Shown: positions 16,825 through 22,110 of the stretch, in pieces
Layout: each line of letters starts with the position of its first letter
How positions within the stretch are numbered: position 1 is the stretch's first letter
From: a virus
Lineage: Duplodnaviria; Heunggongvirae; Uroviricota; Caudoviricetes
DNA length: 22,110 nucleotides
Strand: one strand, 5' to 3'
Virus record (IMG/VR): IMGVR_UViG_2734482783_000015
Location: 1 to 22,110 of that record
Made by a program: the position numbers and the translations under genes
Notes under the pieces: model-generated
The model's input: only the letters and a program-made list of their open reading frames with translations
Databases searched by the model: none
What the model was told of the DNA's origin: nothing

Positions 16825-17284
16825 CTTTAAACCCTTTGACGATACGCTCACGGGGCTGATAGCGGCGCTGTCTCCTGCCGCCCGTCGCAGAATGGCCGCA
16901 GATATCGCTAAGACCCTGCGAGCCCGTCAACAGCGCCGGATTAAAATGCAGAAAGCCCCGGACGGGACACCTTACGCCGCCCGAAAACGCCAGCCGGTAA
17001 AAGCCAAAACAGGCCGGGTTAAGCGGGAAATGTTCGCTAAGCTCCGCACCAGTCGCTTTATGAAAGCCACAGCGGGGAATGACTCGGCGGTCGTGGAATT
17101 TACCGGCAAGGTACAACGGATGGCGAATGTGCATCAGTACGGTCTCAAAGATAAGCCTGGGCGAAACAGTGCGCCGGTACAGTATGACGCCCGAATGCTT
17201 ATCGGGTTTGATCATGAATCAAAAAATATGATTCATGACATAATTATGGTTTCTTTAGCTGAGGCGGCTAGATCTATTGATTGA
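16817..17284 (+). CDS. S: Tail completion / virion morphogenesis protein S (P2 gpS family)
   Basis: 155-aa ORF overlapping the R stop (ATGAATGA). The last ~20 codons and the stop lie in AT-rich DNA that continues into the downstream cargo gene. Confidence 0.85.
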   Translation: MNDFKPFDDTLTGLIAALSPAARRRMAADIAKTLRARQQRRIKMQKAPDGTPYAARKRQPVKAKTGRVKREMFAKLRTSRFMKATAGNDSAVVEFTGKVQRMANVHQYGLKDKPGRNSAPVQYDARMLIGFDHESKNMIHDIIMVSLAEAARSID

Positions 17285-17321
17285 TTTTATGTATTTTATT
17301 TTCTATACAAGTGAGGATGTT

Positions 17322-18665
17322 ATGGAAAATAAAAAATATCAAGTATTTGTGAGCTCTACATACGTCGATTTAATTGATGCTCGCAAAAAAATCATAGAAA
17401 CAGTCCTTAGTTTATACCACTTTCCAGTTGGCATGGAGATGTTTAGCGCTGATGACTCTGAGCAGTGGGATATAATAAAGGAGACTATTGATGCTAGTGA
17501 TTATTATGTGATTATCATTGGGCATAAGTATGGGTCCGTTTCTAAAGATGGTATTAGCTATACTGAAATGGAATATAACTATGCTAAATCATTAAATATA
17601 CCGGTGTTGGCTTTTATTAGAGGGAGGGACGTTTTAACAAAACCACATGAACGAGAAAGTGACCCTCAAAAAGAAAAGCAACTAAATGCTTTTATTGAAA
17701 AAGCTAAAGCTAACAAAATGTGTGATTTTTGGGAGACAATTGATGAATTAGCGACGAAGGTTGCTATCGCCTTACCAAAAGTAATGCGACGAAATCCACG
17801 AATAGGATGGGTGCGCGGTGACCAGGTCGCATCTAAAGAGATTACCGCCGAGTTGGCTGAGCTATCTAATGAAAATAGAAAATTAAGGGAAAAAGTCCGC
17901 GAATATGAAAGCCAATTACATAGCGATGCACCTCAATTAGAGCTGAGCATGATTGATAATGACTTAGCTTTGACGGTGGATGTGGAGTCGACTTATCAGG
18001 ATTACCTTCCACAACTATGCAAGGAAGCGGTACCTCTTGAGTTGAAGGACACTATCACCATTGATGAGATTGAATCATATAACTCTTCACTGCCTACTGA
18101 TAAAGATGTGGATTTATATAATAAAAAAATGAGATTGCACTGTAATTACAAAAACAATGCAATTACAGTGAAGCCCGTTTTAAGAAATAATGGGAGGACT
18201 TTTGCGTCAAATGTTTATGTTGAGATTGATTTTCCTGAATTCCTAATAGTGCTTAAAGGTTCTAATGAAGACTTCTTTATAAAAGAGCCGAAATTAAAAA
18301 TCCCTGAGTCCCCAATAAGTAAGCATAAAAAAAGACTCAGTGCTATAATGTCACTCGAAAATTTTAGGATGGGTATTTTTGATGAAACATCGATGGTAAT
18401 GGCTAAACCTCATTTGGAAGTGCCAGCAATAATTAAACGGATGGCTGATTTAGGAACAGTTAACCAAGATGAGTGGGTCATGAAAGAGGACCATAAAATC
18501 ACGTTGCGTGCGAAAAAAGTGTTACAGAGCTTAACTGTTGAGTATGAGGAAATAGTCATCATTCCCTTAACGATTGGCTCTGGAGTTATTAATTTTAAAA
18601 TTATATGTGAGCAATTGAAGGAGCCTGTTGTTTTTTCTCGTCAGGTTACAGTTACCCCAAGCTAG
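17322..18665 (+). CDS. Cargo protein with N-terminal DUF4062-like domain and uncharacterised C-terminal domain (candidate defence effector)
   Basis: AT-rich ORF between S and V. I chose ATG 17322 (GAGGA at 17313-17317), giving 447 aa; the ORF track extends to 17277. The N-terminal ~100 aa (KKYQVFVSSTYVDLIDARKKII…HFPVGMEMFSADD…DYYVIIIGHKYGS…GISYTEMEYNYA…IPVLAFI) matches the DUF4062 pattern as I remember it. A coiled-coil-like linker (ELAELSNENRKLREKVREYESQL) and ~250 aa of unknown fold follow. Confidence 0.7.
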   Translation: MENKKYQVFVSSTYVDLIDARKKIIETVLSLYHFPVGMEMFSADDSEQWDIIKETIDASDYYVIIIGHKYGSVSKDGISYTEMEYNYAKSLNIPVLAFIRGRDVLTKPHERESDPQKEKQLNAFIEKAKANKMCDFWETIDELATKVAIALPKVMRRNPRIGWVRGDQVASKEITAELAELSNENRKLREKVREYESQLHSDAPQLELSMIDNDLALTVDVESTYQDYLPQLCKEAVPLELKDTITIDEIESYNSSLPTDKDVDLYNKKMRLHCNYKNNAITVKPVLRNNGRTFASNVYVEIDFPEFLIVLKGSNEDFFIKEPKLKIPESPISKHKKRLSAIMSLENFRMGIFDETSMVMAKPHLEVPAIIKRMADLGTVNQDEWVMKEDHKITLRAKKVLQSLTVEYEEIVIIPLTIGSGVINFKIICEQLKEPVVFSRQVTVTPS

Positions 18666-18741
18666 TTTTTGTATGTTGTGCCATATCTGGTAAAACCCGC
18701 ATTAATTGCCGTCCAGAGCACCGGGCGGCATCCTTCCTTGT

Positions 18742-19383
18742 ATGAATACTCGCGCAACTCTTCAGGACGCTTTACGCCTCCTTCGCAACCTGATACGCAC
18801 CGGCGTCGTTGTCGAAGTTGACCTCGATGACGGGCGCTGTCGCGTCCAGACTGGCGGCATTGTTACCGACTGGCTTCAGTGGCTGACCACACGCGCCGGT
18901 CGTTCACGTGTCTGGTGGGCTCCGTCTGTGGGCGAGCAGGTTTTACTGCTGGCCGTGGGTGGTGAACTCGACACCGCTTTTGTGCTGCCCGGCATTTTTT
19001 CGGATGACCACCCCGCGCCGTCGGCGTCGGCTGATGCTTTTCACATCACCTTTCCTGATGGGGCTGTTATCGAGTACGAGCCGGAGACCGGCGCGCTGAC
19101 CGTGAGCGGCATTAAAACCGCAGACGTTACGGCGTCGGATTCCATCACCGCGACGGTACCGCTGGTGACGGTGAAAGCCGAGACCCGCATCACCCTCGAT
19201 ACACCGGAAGTGGTCTGCACCAACAAACTGACGACGGCGGCGCTTGAGGTACAACAAGGCGGCACCATGCGCGGAAACATCGAACACACCGACGGTACGT
19301 TTAAATCAAACGGCGTTCAGGTCGACAAACACGGTCACGGCGGTGTGCAAAAAGGTGGAGCCTGGACGGAGGGCACGAAATGA
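18742..19383 (+). CDS. V: Baseplate assembly / spike protein V (P2 gpV family)
   Basis: I chose ATG 18742 (MNT…), giving 213 aa, over the TTG 18706 start in the ORF track. Collinear with P2 gpV as I recall it (…CRVQTGG…TDWLQWLT…AGRSR…WWAPSVGEQVL…). Confidence 0.9.
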   Translation: MNTRATLQDALRLLRNLIRTGVVVEVDLDDGRCRVQTGGIVTDWLQWLTTRAGRSRVWWAPSVGEQVLLLAVGGELDTAFVLPGIFSDDHPAPSASADAFHITFPDGAVIEYEPETGALTVSGIKTADVTASDSITATVPLVTVKAETRITLDTPEVVCTNKLTTAALEVQQGGTMRGNIEHTDGTFKSNGVQVDKHGHGGVQKGGAWTEGTK

Positions 19384-19727
19384 CGACCCGTTATATCGGT
19401 ATGAACAGGGAGACCGGGTGCGCCATCACTGACGCCGATCATATCCGTCAGAGTTGTGGCGATATTTTGCGAACGCCGGTCGGCTCTCGCGTGATGCGCC
19501 GCGATTATGGCTCGCTGTTGTTCTCCCTGATTGATATGCCGCAGACCGACGCGCTGAGGCTGCAAATTATGTGCGCCTGTTATATGGCGCTGCTGAAGTG
19601 GGAGCCGCGCATCAGCATCAGCTCGCTGACGGTAGAACGTCAGTTTAACGGTCAGATGATTGTTGAGCTGACCGGCGAGACCCGGGACACCGGCAAAACC
19701 CTGTCACTGACTATCCCTGTGAGTTGA
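19380..19727 (+). CDS. W: Baseplate wedge protein W (gp25-like, P2 gpW family)
   Basis: 115-aa ORF, the same length as P2 gpW, overlapping the V stop (ATGA). Confidence 0.9.
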   Translation: MTTRYIGMNRETGCAITDADHIRQSCGDILRTPVGSRVMRRDYGSLLFSLIDMPQTDALRLQIMCACYMALLKWEPRISISSLTVERQFNGQMIVELTGETRDTGKTLSLTIPVS

Positions 19728-19731
19728 ATTT

Positions 19732-20640
19732 ATGCCGACTATCGACCTGAGCCAGCTCCCCGCGCCTGACGTGGTGGAAACGCTGGATTTTGAAACCATT
19801 CTCGCGGAACGCAAAGCGACGCTAGTCTCGCTTTATCCTGAAGAACAACAGGACGCTGTTGCGCGTACTCTCGCCCTTGAGTCTGAGCCACTGGTGAAAT
19901 ATCTGGAGGAAAACGCCTATCGGGAGGTTATCTGGCGTCAACGTGTGAACGATGCGGCGAAAGGCTGCACACTGGCTTACGCGAGTAATAACGACCTTGA
20001 TGTGATGGCCGGAAACAACAACACCGGGCGACAGATTGTGACACCCGCCGATGACAGCACTATCCCGCCAACACCCGCCGTCATGGAATCTGATACCGAT
20101 TTACGGTTACGCGCACAACAGGCTTATGAAGGGCTCAGCGTGGCTGGTCCGGTCGGCGCATATGAATACCACGGTCGCAGCGCCGACGGTCGGGTCGCTG
20201 ATATCTCGGTTGTCAGCCCGTCACCGGCCTGTGTGACCATCACCGTGCTGTCACGCGAGGATGACGGCACCGCATCCGATGAGCTTCTGACCATCGTTGA
20301 AAAAGCACTAAATGCTGAAGAGGTGCGCCCGGTTGGCGACAGGGTGACGGTGCAGAGTGCTGAAATCGTGCCGTATCAGATTGACGCCACGCTGTATTTT
20401 TATCCGGGGCCGGAGGCTGCGCCCATCCGTCAGGCCGCAGAGGAAAAACTGAAGGCATACATCAGCGCACAACAGCGACTGGGACGCGACATTCGTCAGT
20501 CGGCCATCTATGCCGCCCTGCACGTTGAAGGTGTGCAGCGTGTCGAACTGGCCGCGCCACTGGCTGACATTGTGCTCAGTAAATACCAGGCATCCTGTTG
20601 CACCGAATACCGCATCGCTGACGGGGGTGCTGATGAGTAA
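19732..20640 (+). CDS. J: Baseplate protein J (P2 gpJ family)
   Basis: 302-aa ORF, the same length as P2 gpJ, in the expected position. Confidence 0.9.
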   Translation: MPTIDLSQLPAPDVVETLDFETILAERKATLVSLYPEEQQDAVARTLALESEPLVKYLEENAYREVIWRQRVNDAAKGCTLAYASNNDLDVMAGNNNTGRQIVTPADDSTIPPTPAVMESDTDLRLRAQQAYEGLSVAGPVGAYEYHGRSADGRVADISVVSPSPACVTITVLSREDDGTASDELLTIVEKALNAEEVRPVGDRVTVQSAEIVPYQIDATLYFYPGPEAAPIRQAAEEKLKAYISAQQRLGRDIRQSAIYAALHVEGVQRVELAAPLADIVLSKYQASCCTEYRIADGGADE

Positions 20641-21244
20641 TAACCGGCTGTTGCCTGTTGGCTCATCGTTGCTCGAGGTCGCCGCCGCCCGCGCGGCCGC
20701 AGATATTGAGCGTGTGCCGGTACCGCTTCGCACGTTGTGGAACTGGCGCACCTGCCCGGTGCGGTTGCTGCCATATCTGGCGTGGGCGTTTTCGGTTGAC
20801 CGGTGGGATGAGAACTGGCCGGAAGCGACAAAACGCAGCGTCATCGCCTCGGCGTTTTTCATTCATGCCCACAAAGGCACTATCGCCGCCTTACGGCGCG
20901 TGGTGGAGCCGCTGGGCTATCTGATTGAGGTTAAGGAGTGGTGGGAACTCAACGAAAAGCCCGGAACTTTCCGGATTGTTGTTGGCGTACTCGAGACCGG
21001 CATCACCGATGAGATGTACCTCGAACTCGAGCGCCTGATAGAAGGGGCAAAACCGGCAAGCCGACACCTGACCGGACTCGCTATCAGCCTGAGCACCACC
21101 GGGCGCGCCTATGTGGGCGCAAGCTGCTACGACGGCGATCTGTTAACCGTTTATCCCTATACCGCCGGGGAAATTGTCGTCGGTGGGGAGTTTTATCCGG
21201 CTTCGGCCATTCATCTGATTGATAACCTGCGAGTAAGCGCATGA
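20633..21244 (+). CDS. I: Baseplate / tail protein I (P2 gpI family)
   Basis: I chose ATG 20633, which overlaps the J stop (ATGAGTAA) and gives 203 aa; the longer ORF from 20510 would overlap J in another frame. Confidence 0.85.
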   Translation: MSNNRLLPVGSSLLEVAAARAAADIERVPVPLRTLWNWRTCPVRLLPYLAWAFSVDRWDENWPEATKRSVIASAFFIHAHKGTIAALRRVVEPLGYLIEVKEWWELNEKPGTFRIVVGVLETGITDEMYLELERLIEGAKPASRHLTGLAISLSTTGRAYVGASCYDGDLLTVYPYTAGEIVVGGEFYPASAIHLIDNLRVSA

Positions 21245-22110
21245 CAACAAAATATTTTGCCATCCTGACCAATCAGGGCGCGGCGCGACTGGCAAACGCG
21301 ACCATGCTCGGTACTAAACTGAATATTACAAAAATGGCCGTAGGGGACGGGAACGGCACGTTGCCGACGCCTGACCCGGCTCAGACAAGACTCATTAACC
21401 AGACCCGCATCGCGCCGATTAATTCACTGAGCGTGGATGCTAACGACGCTGGTCAGATTATTGCCGAGCAAATTATCCCGGAAAATGAGGGCGGTTTTTT
21501 CATCCGTGAAATCGGTCTTTATGATGACGATGGCATTTTGATTGCTGTCGCCAACTGCCCGGAAACCTACAAGCCGTTACTGGCCGAGGGGAGTGGTCGA
21601 ACGCAGACCATTCGCATGATTCTTGTTGTCTCGAGCACGTCGGCGATCACCTTAAAAATCGACCCGTCGGTCGTGCTGGCAACCCGCAAATATGTTGACG
21701 ATGCGGTCATCGAGGTGAAGAACTACGCTGATGGACTTATGCGCAACCACGAACAGTCGCGCAATCATCCCGATGCAACCACTACCGCTAAAGGTTTTAC
21801 GCAGCTTAACAGCAGTGTGACGGATGACCGCGAGACACACTCGGCAACCCCGAAAGCCGTAAAAATTGCGATGGATAACGCGAATGCACGGCTGGCTAAA
21901 GAACGCAATCTCGCCGATTTACCTAACCCGGCACTGGCGCGCCAGAATATGCAATTAGGTGACAGCTCGACGAAAAATACCGGTACAACTGCCAATACTG
22001 TTGCGGCGGGTGATGATGCACGTATCACCGGTGCGATGCAGAAAAGCCAAAACGGTGCGGATATTCCAGATGTGGCGAAGTTTCTCCAAAACCTTGGTTT
22101 GGGAGAAGCC
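21241..22110 (+). CDS. H: Tail fibre protein H (P2 gpH family), N-terminal part; continues beyond the window
   Basis: ATG 21241 overlaps the I stop (ATGA) and the frame stays open to the window end (290 codons), so it is absent from the ORF track. The translated N-terminus (…ITKMAVGDGNG…YDDDGILIAVANCPETYKP…) resembles the conserved N-terminal domain of P2 gpH. Confidence 0.88.
   Translation, partial: MTTKYFAILTNQGAARLANATMLGTKLNITKMAVGDGNGTLPTPDPAQTRLINQTRIAPINSLSVDANDAGQIIAEQIIPENEGGFFIREIGLYDDDGILIAVANCPETYKPLLAEGSGRTQTIRMILVVSSTSAITLKIDPSVVLATRKYVDDAVIEVKNYADGLMRNHEQSRNHPDATTTAKGFTQLNSSVTDDRETHSATPKAVKIAMDNANARLAKERNLADLPNPALARQNMQLGDSSTKNTGTTANTVAAGDDARITGAMQKSQNGADIPDVAKFLQNLGLGEA

Larger units (their letters stand above)
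1..22110. mobile_element. P2/186-family prophage (internal portion; neither att junction is in the window)
   Basis: Contiguous P2-type synteny: int, cI, early operon with replication gene A, cos-like site, Q/P divergent from O-N-M-L-X, lysis genes, R, S, V, W, J, I, H. Window ends inside tail fibre gene H and begins at the int stop codon. Confidence 0.93.

Noticed and set aside
20308-20924. Overlapping ORFs on both strands within and around genes J and I (184 aa minus, 107 aa minus, 88 aa plus)
   Set aside because: Alternate-frame and antisense ORFs in high-GC tail genes; the J and I calls account for the region with the family's typical overlapping start/stop arrangement.
1-22110. Searched for CRISPR arrays, tRNA or rRNA genes, and insertion-sequence terminal repeats
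   Set aside because: No regularly spaced direct repeats, no cloverleaf-like tRNA candidates and no transposase-like ORFs were seen. The window is prophage throughout; the attL junction, and any tRNA there, would lie just left of position 1.

Overview
The whole 22.1 kb window lies inside a P2/186-family temperate myovirus prophage of an enterobacterial host, in the prophage gene order int - cI | apl - cII - fil - early ORFs - replication gene A - tum | cargo | cos | Q/P (minus strand) | O-N-M-L-X - lysis cassette - R-S | cargo | V-W-J-I-H (truncated at the window end). The immunity region is 186-type rather than P2-type (CI, Apl, CII, Fil, and a LexA-controlled Tum antirepressor with a DinI-like C-terminus). 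Against this high-GC, syntenic backbone, two visibly AT-rich insertions stand out at the family's classical moron slots. One is a two-gene module of predicted membrane proteins between tum and cos, the position P2 uses for tin/old. The other is a single ~447-aa gene between S and V, whose N-terminus resembles the DUF4062 domain and whose C-terminal ~250 aa I cannot assign. Both are candidate uncharacterised anti-phage or exclusion functions and are the most interesting content in the window. Every call is from reading the sequence and ORF translations and from recalled family knowledge; no database search was run, and GC statements are by eye.
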